Source of the DNA: a virus | Taxonomy: Duplodnaviria; Caudoviricetes | Strand: one strand, 5' to 3' | DNA length: 64,000 nt | IMG/VR virus record: IMGVR_UViG_3300001598_001658 | Location: 81,492 to 145,491 of that record | In this document: positions 10,801 through 19,683 of the stretch, one piece after another | Position numbering within the stretch: position 1 is the first letter of the stretch | Layout: the number at the start of each line of letters is the position of its first letter | Notes under the pieces: generated by a model | The model's database searches: none | What the model saw: the letters and a program-made list of their open reading frames with translations, nothing else | What the model was told of the DNA's origin: nothing | Made by a program: the position numbers and the translations under genes

Positions 10801-13800
10801 TTCTCTTTTACATTATTATTAAGCTCTTCTCTCTTATCACTAATCTCTTTATTTATTCTTTTATATTCTTTTTTATTTTGACGCGAAATTGATCCATTTT
10901 TTGTATCATTATCCATTTCATTAAATGAATATTCTTCGTTAACATCAAATGCATGTTTAGTTTTTTCTGTATAATATTCATCTCGATCATTTATATTTTC
11001 AATTTCACTATTTATTTTAATCCGATTATTATGAAATCTACTATTGTTATCTCTTGCAAGACGATTATTTGATTTTAAATAAGTAGATACTTCATTTATA
11101 TTTTTATATTTTCCATCAATTACTTTAATACCTATATCTTTTATTAATTTTTTATCATCTGAATCCAAATTACCAATTTTACCATAATAAATATCGGTTT
11201 CTTCATCTAATGAATCGACAATCATACCACCATTTTTAATAATATCTCGAGTTATTAAAAGCTTTGTTTTATCATCTAATGGTTCAAACCATACAGGATC
11301 AAGATATACATAAGCTCGTCCGTCGCCGCTTATATTGTTTAAAGTAGTACCTATTTTACTATATAAATCGCTACCCATAATCTGTTGTAAATATGTACCA
11401 TTCTTTTTTATCGATTCTTGTTTATCATATTTTTTCTTAATTTCTTTTTCTCGTTTTTTAGAAACAACAACATCTAATTTTTTAGATCCTTTTTCTGATA
11501 TATCCTGTATACTTTCTACGAGACTAGAAATAGACGATTGTTTTTCTTTTGATTTATTTTTCTTTTTACCAGAAATGGCGTTTTCAACATCTTTAAGCGT
11601 ATCAACTCTAAGTGCTTTTCGTTTTTTAGCCTCTTCTAATGCTTCTTTTGTAATATCTTTAGAAACTCCACCATTATTTAAATAATCCTCAGTAGCTTCT
11701 TTACCTATAATGCCATTCATTAACGATTCAAATGGATTCATTATTGCATTTGCAACATTATCAAATCCGATAAGATATCTCATTTTACCCATCATCGAAT
11801 CGTCATCTGCTCCCATAAAATTATAAGAACGTCTGCGTTTTTCATCTTCTTCGGCTATAAGTCTAGAATTTTCAGAATTGCTTTTTCTGAGTTCTATTAT
11901 ATCATTTTCTTTTTTCTTTTTTTCTTCTTCAGTTTTATCTTTATATTTTTTATAATCCAAAGAAGTAACGCCAAGTTCATTGATTCTTCTATTATAATCT
12001 TTTAAATTTGTCTCAGGTGTTATAGGATAAACCTTTATACCATTTAATAGAAGATCATATATATTGTCAATACTACTTTTGACATTATCAGAAATTGAAC
12101 CTACACTCGAATTTATATTTTGTGGTAATAAATCAACTTTTCCTACACGTTCACCATACATCGATTGTTCTGCAAGCAATTTATTTCGTCTAGCTGTCAT
12201 TTTATTATATTCATTTTTACCGGCTAAATCTTCATTATATTTAGATGAATATTGTAAATCGTAATCAATTTTTTCCCACTTTTCTTTTTCTTGCATTTCG
12301 GAAATAACACTTTTATTTCCGAATTTAACCATAGATTCTTTAAATTGTTTAGATGTACTTTCGATTTCAGATGCAACTTTTAATATACTATTATTGATAT
12401 CTCTTAAGTCACCAGGGGATAATGAAGAAATAGATTCTGCGATTAAATCTTTTATAGATTCTGTTTGTTCTCTATCTTCACCAATAGCTTCAAAACCTCT
12501 AAACATCTTATCTCTATATTCTTTATTTTTAAATAATTCTATAGGATTAAGTTCTATTTTGGATTGGATTAAATTTTCTTTAAATTTATCCATCGCTTTC
12601 TGTATTTGTCTTTCATCAATATCAAAATTAGAATATTTATTATCATTTATTAATTTTCCACCAGTACCTTCTATAATAGACATACCTTTAGAAAATTTAA
12701 CATTTCCATTAATTACATTTTCGCGTATCTGATCATATTTTTCACTAATGCTTTTTTGTGTTTCGAATCTATGTGAATCATAATTATAATATTGAATTTC
12801 GCTTCCATTTAATGCATTTAAAATTTGAGCCAAATATCCAGGTATCGTTTCGGTAATGGTTTCTTTTGTTTTGCCGTCAAAAACTGTTTGTTGATCTAAG
12901 TCTGTCGTTGTAAGATCTATATTTTTATCGATAGCAGTATCCTGACCTAATAAATTTCCCATAAAACTTAAGAAACTATTATCACTATCTTTAAGTCTAT
13001 TCATTTTACTTACAATAGTGCCACCGATATTTCCATATAAATCATTTAATCGGCCTAATTTATTTTTAGTTTCGCTACCCAATAAATTATTGAATACAAA
13101 ACTTTTAGCCATACTTCTTCCAATATCTAATGGATTTAATTTAAGTCCAGAATCTTTACCGATCATACCGGCCATACCAGACATCATATCATATGTCTGA
13201 CCTAACTGCGTATTGGAAAACATATTCATTGCATTTTCTTTAATTTGTTTAGCATATTTATCCATACTAAATGAACCAATTCCACCAAACAAATTTAAAT
13301 CTTCATTTTCTTCTAATTCAGCAAGTTCTTCTTCCGATTTAATACCTATTGCTCTATTATTAGCAGCTAAGATATCTTTTAATAAAGCACGCTGATCTGT
13401 TAAAAATGCTAAAGATTTGCTATCGTATTCGAGTTGAGCATTGATATTAGTTTTTCCATAATGCTCTAAGAAATCAGATAATCCATATATATTATTTGAT
13501 ATATTTGATAAGATAGCAATAATATCTTTGAAATTAGAATTATCAATGTGTGTTTTTGTCTCAAAAAGTTTTTTATTATTTGAATTGATAGATGCTGTAG
13601 ATGTTTCTTGTAATGCAGCATTTGCAGCTATATCACTTTCATCATTTGATTGATTCACTATGATAAGATTATTTTTGCGTCTAGGTCTTTTATAATTAAA
13701 AGACGTAGTCATTGATCCACTTGTATCTTCTTCTGTGGACTCTCCGACGTTCTCTTCATCATCATCATCCAAAAAAGCATCCATATCAATTTTAATATCT

Positions 13801-14243
13801 CTATTTGAGGTATAAAATTTACCACTTTTGATATTATTTTTTATTTCACCGAAAGCATTTTTAAAAGCACCTTTTGATTCTTCGGCACTTTCTTTGTTTG
13901 CTTTGTTAGATAAATTGCTTTTAAATGAGCTAAGTCCTTCAAAAACTTTATCTTTCTTTTCAAGAAAAACGTCTTTGGAATCGCCTATAGCAGATTTAAT
14001 GTCGTCTCCAAGACTAACAGCTTCTGGTAAAAATTCATCAACGAAATCTACACCAATACCTTTGATTGATTTCATTGTATTTACAAAGAAACCTTTGGCA
14101 CCGCCAGGACCATCTTCATTAGGATCGAATTTGAATCCTGCAAGATCGTCGTCATCATCATAGACAGAATCATCCAGAGGAAACATCTCATCATCGAATT
14201 CAAAGTCATCATTATCTATATTCATATTACCTTTTTTAGCCAT
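4815..14243 (-). CDS. Tape measure protein / tail-associated lysin with two M15 (L-Ala-D-Glu type) peptidase domains
   Basis: 3142 aa directly downstream of sheath and tube. Two R-x4-Q-x4-SKGR / S-N-H-x2-G-x-A-x-D / D-x-P-H-F-E motif sets; Gly/Ala-rich hydrophobic TMP-like segments; GGAGG RBS. Confidence 0.85.
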   Translation of the reverse strand: MAKKGNMNIDNDDFEFDDEMFPLDDSVYDDDDDLAGFKFDPNEDGPGGAKGFFVNTMKSIKGIGVDFVDEFLPEAVSLGDDIKSAIGDSKDVFLEKKDKVFEGLSSFKSNLSNKANKESAEESKGAFKNAFGEIKNNIKSGKFYTSNRDIKIDMDAFLDDDDEENVGESTEEDTSGSMTTSFNYKRPRRKNNLIIVNQSNDESDIAANAALQETSTASINSNNKKLFETKTHIDNSNFKDIIAILSNISNNIYGLSDFLEHYGKTNINAQLEYDSKSLAFLTDQRALLKDILAANNRAIGIKSEEELAELEENEDLNLFGGIGSFSMDKYAKQIKENAMNMFSNTQLGQTYDMMSGMAGMIGKDSGLKLNPLDIGRSMAKSFVFNNLLGSETKNKLGRLNDLYGNIGGTIVSKMNRLKDSDNSFLSFMGNLLGQDTAIDKNIDLTTTDLDQQTVFDGKTKETITETIPGYLAQILNALNGSEIQYYNYDSHRFETQKSISEKYDQIRENVINGNVKFSKGMSIIEGTGGKLINDNKYSNFDIDERQIQKAMDKFKENLIQSKIELNPIELFKNKEYRDKMFRGFEAIGEDREQTESIKDLIAESISSLSPGDLRDINNSILKVASEIESTSKQFKESMVKFGNKSVISEMQEKEKWEKIDYDLQYSSKYNEDLAGKNEYNKMTARRNKLLAEQSMYGERVGKVDLLPQNINSSVGSISDNVKSSIDNIYDLLLNGIKVYPITPETNLKDYNRRINELGVTSLDYKKYKDKTEEEKKKKENDIIELRKSNSENSRLIAEEDEKRRRSYNFMGADDDSMMGKMRYLIGFDNVANAIMNPFESLMNGIIGKEATEDYLNNGGVSKDITKEALEEAKKRKALRVDTLKDVENAISGKKKNKSKEKQSSISSLVESIQDISEKGSKKLDVVVSKKREKEIKKKYDKQESIKKNGTYLQQIMGSDLYSKIGTTLNNISGDGRAYVYLDPVWFEPLDDKTKLLITRDIIKNGGMIVDSLDEETDIYYGKIGNLDSDDKKLIKDIGIKVIDGKYKNINEVSTYLKSNNRLARDNNSRFHNNRIKINSEIENINDRDEYYTEKTKHAFDVNEEYSFNEMDNDTKNGSISRQNKKEYKRINKEISDKREELNNNVKENEEKLKQFYKDNSDKYTEDGKRLFSDNKDERSDEENEIAKVHKELLDNLNKSKSELKSFNKETKDNSRNTGILKYKNLAAINSPKSAGNLFIKEPKTKDEIDALLSSGDESAIFEFANKIKSSTHEGYKFKDRQDHLEHLDPEFKLRLDKMLADPALQGANIQIKDSIRSPLRQFALYSKGRVDPKITKQLMFYAGLDYDTYFPESIKNAMGENGIVARTLSSNHMTGRAIDLINGNMKYGKIASIAAKYGIKWAGKNDQPHFEFDERWNENKKITDESLLGQIEQEKKDFMKSHKVKTLSDEKSYYFDHKYDNAVKNEDGTYTTNNEYKEVITGKPLSFFQSDPAGSVASGEVKLPKNFNKLKERVDREYEFFNGKDSNNFFESIIDKLFNHKKDENKTDSRKANVEFKTNKDILMAIYNNTNRIADNTEKIGFGIGIPGVVGSGLFGKIGSTAKDMAGKVFGFAATTLDKGLDLAKNIGKGTLNAGKKGVDFIKDKFDLTKESVENLIIKYGLEERLGMSIENIRKKYSKEQIIKMIKDIRKEKSLITKGKNLISGTIGKGKDILFGKKKIVDTKPIVEQLSKKLKISKSELNEMSYDDLIKLAKENGIDVNDREKGILTHVKDFAEKGLKGVSGLTGNILTKGNEFLFGKTTDIDDDTLIEKIHDKTKISLKKLKQLSHDDLINLAKENGIETTNKTNGLVNSALDAIGLGDKTATTLTGKVISKSKDILFGKKADLETLKDEISKKLEIPREKIENLSREELLNLAKEKGLDIKDKTKGLVSHALDFGKGVIKSTGNLITGGKISSKSVKKIIEKIEEVRDAVYEIGGIKIEKVDNKKSSKDNKRSLSGVKRRHKKQGLDIINRCDLTTRLNMSEDDILEIYSYKELKAIEQEINENGKITDVTKIKSKENKSKSKVSKTPKATLKAAAGDKKSIGDRLSGTLENLNVDNRTLALPAPSEGSYQDQKNDKETKEEKEDRHNLAHNIASIAAVIGTPQTIAAAAKETAMPNPDIGSLLMANYQNSEKQGELLEDIKNKPVGKGDGGGNSLSKWSKLGTAGGKIAAGIQTAGGVATIGAAAAGAAMLGKQVVNKFKTTKLDWKNSSVGEKVSGLFGAGGSGNYDNNGNEITDKNIKAGKGFGLNQAVHVATFAKGVSKLPAIFTKFSGLVAKLFKDPKLVAKIGGKAAADSVSKAFIKSMEKSLTKGGAKLIAKISSKITAFCAKISNGVGWAVMVAQLVYDIGTGMAEAPRYFKMGKGMKPTWPMRITAGLAKAISGNLTLGLIPPDAIANLVFGIIGSKATKEQMKSAEEFDKQRASIMEVEYGRLVEFETMTWTEIVFGQDKKRATILGFMKDKKDKGAIERFKTWFEKVYKPLDDMYKEMIKANGGKVDKKINPDDVAALDNQAKFREEYLKAAKAYMAKNKLSGLGPLGKGKSEEDEIKKHDEETAVVEKETDENNLAKENAEGTAELSKEGINLKSEETVVKPDLPDAKMDNEINTDISGSSKISVSNNEKPNPVSNAEGTAKPITGDNKDTNKENELQADGINFKKMTDSKYFAGWNTLAKLNESKSNALDKLTAVRNGIKPQKKGFKAGLKAVGGKLAKGAANLASKIVGASKNVASGATNIFSKIKGSANAIGEFVTRRKQMELELSSKFNDETGVNDVIALQKNIVDKNALGQQKSTSVLSPVFAERVEAFLKDPRVQGHGVSIRESYRPPATQLAYYSKGRSPSWVTDKLMKYAGFKDGINFWPKSFQKPGDYITWTLASNHFNGSAVDLEPGDIGYDKLGAIAKEYGIDWGGYWSTPDKPHFELGDPNFKLPNTPVGGSATVAQTQQADAINFRSTLKNVASNASKYISNIDYKKLPAKISNPLVLNGYKTVKNKAKETVSKLNEKGNALAEKSGVVTSNLVVAKFDELYNIASEGVEIMRELLNETKRHNQIEEVFYKNLMAGIAGIGAAIIASNNNGFSTAGSSTSITKGMFDKLANGL

Positions 14244-14289
14244 AATATTCCTCCAATTCTATCTATATAATAGAATCAATATTAGTATA

Positions 14290-14301
14290 TAGAATAATGT
14301 T
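14290..14301 (-). promoter_or_regulatory. Late-type promoter AACA-N6-TA (tape measure gene)
   Basis: AACATTATTCTA; the motif recurs upstream of at least 15 other transcription units. Confidence 0.65.
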
Positions 14302-14328
14302 TTTGATATATTACAATATACAAAATAA

Positions 14329-14358
14329 AGATAGAAGGGAAGAAATTCCCTTCTATCT
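14329..14358 (-). terminator. Intrinsic terminator after the tail tube gene
   Basis: AGATAGAAGGGA...TCCCTTCTATCT inverted repeat followed by a T-rich tract on the minus strand. Confidence 0.8.
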
Positions 14359-14383
14359 ATAATAAACTAAAATTTATTCAAAA

Positions 14384-15541
14384 TTAGTTAGTTGTACCAG
14401 CCGCATTATCTGTAGCTTCAGCACGTCCATCGATGTTACCTACAGTCTGATTATCGATTACACCCATTTCACCGAATGTACCTGCAGTTGTTCCCTGACG
14501 GAAACGAGCAAAGTACGGTTCAAGATATGTAGCGCGATTTTCACGTAATGTATCATCATAGATTGGTGTTTCACCAGCTGCTTCAGCCTGATCTTTAGCG
14601 TTATTAAGACGAGCTTCAATATCAACAGAATTCTGTTTAGCCCAATCTTCACCAGATGCACCATAGATTTCACTATCGTACATATATGAAGGAAGGAGCT
14701 GATTGAGATAGCTCTGTCCATAGAGGTTGTAACCTTCAACAACTTTACGAGCGAAGAGGTCGATTTCTGGACCACGATCGTACTGACCGCTGAATTCTAC
14801 ATCCATGTCTACACCAGAACCAGCATCACCAATATTACCAGAGTTCATATGTGAAGCTTTTTCTGAATAAGGCATAATTTCATGCCACATACAAGCAAAT
14901 TCAATATCCTCTGGACGACAAGTAGGTCCAAGTAAAACGTAGAGGATTGAACCAGCCATATTTGGCAATACAGCGCGAAGTTTAGCACCGTACATATGGC
15001 AAACGCCAGTCTTACGGTCTGAAACACCAGAAATCCAGTAGTCAAGGAACTTACGTACTGGTGAACCAGCACATTCACGAACCTTTAATGTAACAGAGTT
15101 ACCAGATTCGTGGTAGATTCCTGGATAAGATGTAGTTGCATGAACTGCACCATTCTGGATATCAATTTTATCGATTGAGTTTTCAGGAACACCTGAAACT
15201 TCCATAACCATATCTTCAAAAATCCAACGAAGATATTTAACTGCCAAGTCTGGGAAGAAAGGAGGAGCCTTTACCCATTTAACAAGGAAGCGACCAACGC
15301 GGAATGGTTCACGTGCAGCCATAACCATAGGATCGGCAGACTGAAGACCATTCTGTGTATTAAGACGGTTAAGAACGTTACCTGCAGGGCCTACGGTGGT
15401 TGTTTCATAACCGAGCCATTCCTGAGCTGTTGGTTTCCAACCCTGAAGTCCATTTACGCCGTATCCAGCAGCAACATCGTCGCTTGGTCCACGATTGAGG
15501 AATCCGTTACTTACGTCTGTACCTTTAGATGAATAACTCAT
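14384..15541 (-). CDS. Tail tube protein
   Basis: 385 aa between sheath and tape measure; 'VTLKVRECAGSPVRKFLDYWISGVSDRKTG' is a gp19-like tube signature; high-expression codon bias. Confidence 0.75.
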   Translation of the reverse strand: MSYSSKGTDVSNGFLNRGPSDDVAAGYGVNGLQGWKPTAQEWLGYETTTVGPAGNVLNRLNTQNGLQSADPMVMAAREPFRVGRFLVKWVKAPPFFPDLAVKYLRWIFEDMVMEVSGVPENSIDKIDIQNGAVHATTSYPGIYHESGNSVTLKVRECAGSPVRKFLDYWISGVSDRKTGVCHMYGAKLRAVLPNMAGSILYVLLGPTCRPEDIEFACMWHEIMPYSEKASHMNSGNIGDAGSGVDMDVEFSGQYDRGPEIDLFARKVVEGYNLYGQSYLNQLLPSYMYDSEIYGASGEDWAKQNSVDIEARLNNAKDQAEAAGETPIYDDTLRENRATYLEPYFARFRQGTTAGTFGEMGVIDNQTVGNIDGRAEATDNAAGTTN

Positions 15542-15553
15542 ATATCATTCTCC

Positions 15554-17533
15554 TTATGCACCGCGTTTAGCGTAAATATTTAATGTCCAACCCTTAGTCA
15601 TACCTGGGAAGTAATAAGTAAGGTCACAAGTTGAAGTGTCGAGAAGCTTGTCGCGTTCTGACTGATAGAGGTTGGCGGCAACAGTGATATTTGATGGATA
15701 ACGACCAGAAAGTCTTTCTGCAAGTTCTGCTGAAGACTTACGAATAGCACCAGCGGCACCATCGTTATCATATACATACTTGATAAGTACAGACTTAGCA
15801 AGACGTACAGCATCACCGATAACCATACCGTTACGAATTGACTTAAGACGTGATGTTGTCTGAGTATACATGTTTTCTTCAGACATGTAAGCTACAGTAC
15901 CAGCACGATCGATCTTAGTTGCAAAAATACAACCAAGCTTACGTAATGGTGTAAGCATTGTGTCGTTTTCATCTTTGTATGGTAACCAATCGTATTCCAT
16001 AGTTGTTACTTTAGCAACCTGGTATCCAGCAAATACACTGAATGTTCCGAGCAATCCATAACATTTTGCAAGACCATATGCATAATCATAAGTTCCTGTT
16101 ACGTGTACATTTAATGCGCGGTCAGTTGTATAACCAGCATGTACGATAACTGCAGCAGAATAACCAGCTGAACCATCAACCATACCATAAACGTTTTTAG
16201 CAAGATTCATAGCCTGTGTACATGTTTTAGCTGTAGTTCCGATATCTGCAATAACCATAATATCAGGGCGAATATCGCGGAATTTTCCGAGCATTGTCTG
16301 TTTTACAGAATCTGCCGCAATATCATAATCTGCATCAAATACGATATCAGAATAAATCATTCTTTCATCAAAGATTGCAGGATCAATCTGTCCTTTGAAG
16401 AAGTTGCAAAGAAGAGTGTTCTTTGTAGATTTAACTTTTGCTTCATCAACTGTAATAGTTGTTGGCACACCTTCGATTAACTTAGTATATGTATAACCAA
16501 GCTGAAGATCACCATCAGAACCACCACCAAGCCAATAGATAGCATCAGAACCGATAGACTGAAGTCTTTCAGCTGTAGCATCGAAATGAATTGTTGGTTC
16601 TTCGGCGCCATATGTATATTTTGCTTCTGCTGTATCATATTTGAAATAAGAAACACCAGATTTGTTTGTAAGTGAAAGAATATCGATATCTTTTGGACTT
16701 ACAGTAGATGGACAAGCTTTTGCAATAAGATTTTCAAGATATTCATAGTTGTCCATAATGTATGATTTACATTTATAAGCTCTTTCTGTACCAGAAGTAT
16801 CTTTATCTGTAAATACATACTGAAGGTTTTCGTAAACACTTGAACCTTCCATAAGACGTGCATCTGGATTTAATGAGAAGAAGAACTGAATACCTGTATC
16901 TGATGAATTACCATTATCATCTTTTTCATAAATTTTGATAATGTATCTGCGTCCATCTGTAACAGCATCATCGCGTTCATAATCGTTTGAAATAGAAATA
17001 CCGATATTGTTTCCGCATTTACCGGCACCATTGTAAACTACTTTAAATAATGGAATTGTGTGAACTCCTTCATTTACAGTAATTTTTCCATCAACAACTG
17101 ATGTAGCATCAGCAGTTTTATCGAATACGATTTTTGATTCGATTTCTTTTGTTGTTACAGTTTTATCTTCGATAGTTCGTGTAATTTCTTCGCCTTCTTT
17201 TAACTCAAGTTTAACAAGAAGTGCAGCTGTTGTTGCGTTATCTGGAAGTAAACGACAAACTTGAGCTGAAGCTCCACCACCCATACCATGGATGAGATTC
17301 AACCCGCCCTGACCAAACTTTTTGATATCTGTCATATCAGCACCGTAAACAGACTGAACGAGAGATGATGAATTAAAGTCCAAGATTTCATTAGCCTTGC
17401 CTTTTGAAGCAAATATAGGCTGAAGAATTGTCAAACGTTTTGGAAGAATAACATCAGGTACAACTACCGCAGAATCATCATAAATTGTTGTGTTAATGAA
17501 TGCATCTGAAACATTTAACGATTTATAAGTCAT
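15554..17533 (-). CDS. Contractile tail sheath protein
   Basis: 659 aa; N-terminal 'ASKGKANEI...VYG...KFGQGG', 'LGGGSDG', 'VFDADY' and sheath-like C-terminus; AAGGAG-coupled to the tube gene. Confidence 0.85.
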   Translation of the reverse strand: MTYKSLNVSDAFINTTIYDDSAVVVPDVILPKRLTILQPIFASKGKANEILDFNSSSLVQSVYGADMTDIKKFGQGGLNLIHGMGGGASAQVCRLLPDNATTAALLVKLELKEGEEITRTIEDKTVTTKEIESKIVFDKTADATSVVDGKITVNEGVHTIPLFKVVYNGAGKCGNNIGISISNDYERDDAVTDGRRYIIKIYEKDDNGNSSDTGIQFFFSLNPDARLMEGSSVYENLQYVFTDKDTSGTERAYKCKSYIMDNYEYLENLIAKACPSTVSPKDIDILSLTNKSGVSYFKYDTAEAKYTYGAEEPTIHFDATAERLQSIGSDAIYWLGGGSDGDLQLGYTYTKLIEGVPTTITVDEAKVKSTKNTLLCNFFKGQIDPAIFDERMIYSDIVFDADYDIAADSVKQTMLGKFRDIRPDIMVIADIGTTAKTCTQAMNLAKNVYGMVDGSAGYSAAVIVHAGYTTDRALNVHVTGTYDYAYGLAKCYGLLGTFSVFAGYQVAKVTTMEYDWLPYKDENDTMLTPLRKLGCIFATKIDRAGTVAYMSEENMYTQTTSRLKSIRNGMVIGDAVRLAKSVLIKYVYDNDGAAGAIRKSSAELAERLSGRYPSNITVAANLYQSERDKLLDTSTCDLTYYFPGMTKGWTLNIYAKRGA

Positions 17534-17621
17534 TTTTATTTTCCTCCATTTAGGATTATGCGTGCATTTCGTTATAAAATTTTATATATTAAGTGCAAGT
17601 TAATATTTTAAACTTTAAACT

Positions 17622-17633
17622 TATTATAATGTT
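17622..17633 (-). promoter_or_regulatory. Late-type promoter AACA-N6-TA (sheath-tube operon)
   Basis: AACATTATAATA about 90 nt upstream of the sheath ATG. Confidence 0.65.
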
Positions 17634-17744
17634 ATTTAAAAGTATTATCAACTTATATAAAATATATATTATATTTTGAAGTGGGTGGGAACAATAATGT
17701 ATGCACACTTCAAAATCTAAAATAGCTTAATAAAGGAGAAAAAA

Positions 17745-18656
17745 ATGAAAAAGCTATCAATCATCTTAATTCTTTGTGCATTAGTTAATCTAAAAATGTT
17801 TTGTAACGTAATGCCATCTTCCGATTCTACAATTGAATTGAAGAAAAACACATTATTAACTACAATTATGTATTTTGATGAAATCAAAATTGATGCTGAT
17901 AATTTGTGTTATAAGGAATTTTTGGAAAATAACCTTCCGCAAAAGTTCGTAAAACCATTTTACGAATTTACAAAAGAAAATAAAAACATTGGTATTGAAA
18001 TTATTGGTGTTGGTCTCCATGAAAGTGGTTGGAGGGTATTTCGTGGAAAGGTTAACAATAATGGCTCTGTTGATTTAGGGCCATTAATGTTAAATTCGTT
18101 TAATATTGCAAATGAATCATTTATGAATGCATTTGCAACGGATGATACAAAAAAATATGAATATGATGAAGATATATATTACATGTGTATTTGTATCAAT
18201 TATTACATGTCTCTTAGAAGTGAATTGGGACCTTATTCATCCCTTCAAGTATATAATGGTGGATGGAGAACTCAAAATAAAAACTGTTCAAAACAGTTAA
18301 AAAAGACAGTATGTTTATATGCTGATAAAGTATATGGTTTTATAAATCAAACATACGATAAGTGGTCTGAGTATAAAGATGAAAATTTATCAGATTGTGT
18401 AGAAAGAATAACAAATATCTACACTGCCAAAATTAATTCACATCCATTAATGAACGTGGATAATAAATTCATCAATAAAAGTGTAAATTTTAATTATGAT
18501 TTATATCATTATTCATTCATTAATAACAATAATAAAATTTATAAAAACGATGAAGAATATTACAGACTTTTTATCCTTATGGAATGGCCCCTCTGTAATA
18601 TTATTTATAGCTTCAAAAATGGTAGTCCGCATCGGATGATCATCGATATAGTTTAA
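17745..18656 (+). CDS. Secreted lytic transglycosylase (SLT-like)
   Basis: N-terminal signal-like MKKLSIILILCALV; catalytic 'HESGW', 'NNNGSVDLGPLMLNS' and 'YNGG' motifs; AAGGAG RBS. Confidence 0.7.
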   Translation: MKKLSIILILCALVNLKMFCNVMPSSDSTIELKKNTLLTTIMYFDEIKIDADNLCYKEFLENNLPQKFVKPFYEFTKENKNIGIEIIGVGLHESGWRVFRGKVNNNGSVDLGPLMLNSFNIANESFMNAFATDDTKKYEYDEDIYYMCICINYYMSLRSELGPYSSLQVYNGGWRTQNKNCSKQLKKTVCLYADKVYGFINQTYDKWSEYKDENLSDCVERITNIYTAKINSHPLMNVDNKFINKSVNFNYDLYHYSFINNNNKIYKNDEEYYRLFILMEWPLCNIIYSFKNGSPHRMIIDIV

Positions 18657-18676
18657 GGAGACAGAGAGAAAAAAAT

Positions 18677-18704
18677 AGCTACTCCCTCATTTGAGGGAGT
18701 AGTT
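18677..18704. terminator. Bidirectional terminator
   Basis: CTACTCCCTC-attt-GAGGGAGTAG between convergent genes. Confidence 0.85.
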
Positions 18705-18711
18705 TTATTTT

Positions 18712-19476
18712 TTATACATCACTGAGTGCTTCTTCAATAGTAGAAGCTTTTTGACCTTCATCATAACGTTTTCGATTAATAGACATTGTAATACCCTGTT
18801 TAGGGTCACCACTAGAAATAGCAGCAAATGTATTATACATACGTCCCAAACTTTCTACTTTAACAAATTGCTTATCACTCATCTTCAACTTTGGATTATC
18901 ACGAATAGCTAATCTAAATGGTTTAGTTAAATCATTTGGATCGCGTGAAAGTTCGCCGATTAAGATTTCCATAATAGTATCTGCAATCTGTGTATTTGTT
19001 TTATTTTCTGTACAACATTCATCAAAAAAACTCATAAGTTGATCATATGCTAACTCTTTAGGAATAAAACCTTTAAGTAATAAGTCAACAACCTTAGAAA
19101 CAGTTTTCCAAGTCCGAACGAATAATAAAGATTTAACAAAAGTATCACCTTCCTGAAATTCGAGAACTGTAACAAGTTCTTTATTTTCATCACGCGTATC
19201 TTCTACATTCGATGGACAAAGAGTCATTTGCATAGGCATTCTGAAAAGAACTCTATGCGGATTTTTAAGATTATCGATATCAAACTCTTTATCATCCATT
19301 CCATATACATCTATATAAAAAACACCAATTGTTGCAATTTCAGATCCTACCATTTCTGATATTTTTCTATCAAAAAATTCTTGTGGTATATATGCTCTAA
19401 CAAATGGAGCTTTTACAATTAATCTATTATCATTTGTGATAGCAAATGCTTTTTTAATTATATCTTGATCAGTCAT
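18712..19476 (-). CDS. Phage multisubunit RNA polymerase, beta' C-terminal subunit (putative)
   Basis: 'IMEILIGELSRD...PFR...TFAAISSGDPKQGI' aligns by eye with beta' C-terminal motifs (HIEVIVRQM / SAASFQETT). Start moved to ATG 19476 (AAGGAG RBS; AACA-N6-TA at 19495-19506). Confidence 0.6.
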   Translation of the reverse strand: MTDQDIIKKAFAITNDNRLIVKAPFVRAYIPQEFFDRKISEMVGSEIATIGVFYIDVYGMDDKEFDIDNLKNPHRVLFRMPMQMTLCPSNVEDTRDENKELVTVLEFQEGDTFVKSLLFVRTWKTVSKVVDLLLKGFIPKELAYDQLMSFFDECCTENKTNTQIADTIMEILIGELSRDPNDLTKPFRLAIRDNPKLKMSDKQFVKVESLGRMYNTFAAISSGDPKQGITMSINRKRYDEGQKASTIEEALSDV

Positions 19477-19518
19477 GATATTCTCCTTTATATATAAAAG
19501 AATGTTTTGTGTAAATAA

Positions 19519-19564
19519 AAATCCTATGTACCTGTAATAAACACATATTTCATTCACATCTATT
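19519..19564 (+). promoter_or_regulatory. Long conserved early-type promoter motif, copy 1
   Basis: AAATCCTATG..GTAATAAAC...TTTC..TCACA, shared with 23136, 28962 and 45778. Confidence 0.6.
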
Positions 19565-19569
19565 CAACT

Positions 19570-19668
19570 GATCCCGAAATAGATACAAGCATATTCATAG
19601 ACCACATGTATAAAGTCGTGGTAATTTATGAATAAAAAGAAGGGAGGATATCCTCCCTTCTTTTTTTT
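19570..19668 (+). ncRNA. Candidate ~100-nt small RNA
   Basis: Lies between the conserved promoter motif and a terminator; hairpin TATTCATAG-ACCAC...GTGGT-TTATGAATA; no RBS-led ORF. Confidence 0.35.
19637..19662. terminator. Perfect palindromic bidirectional terminator
   Basis: AAGAAGGGAGGATATCCTCCCTTCTT with A/T tracts. Confidence 0.85.
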
Positions 19669-19683
19669 AAATGAAATTATTTT

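Noticed and set aside
5348-14163. Antisense and alternate-frame ORFs inside the tape measure and other long genes
   Set aside because: Shadow ORFs arising from codon bias; no RBS or promoter support.
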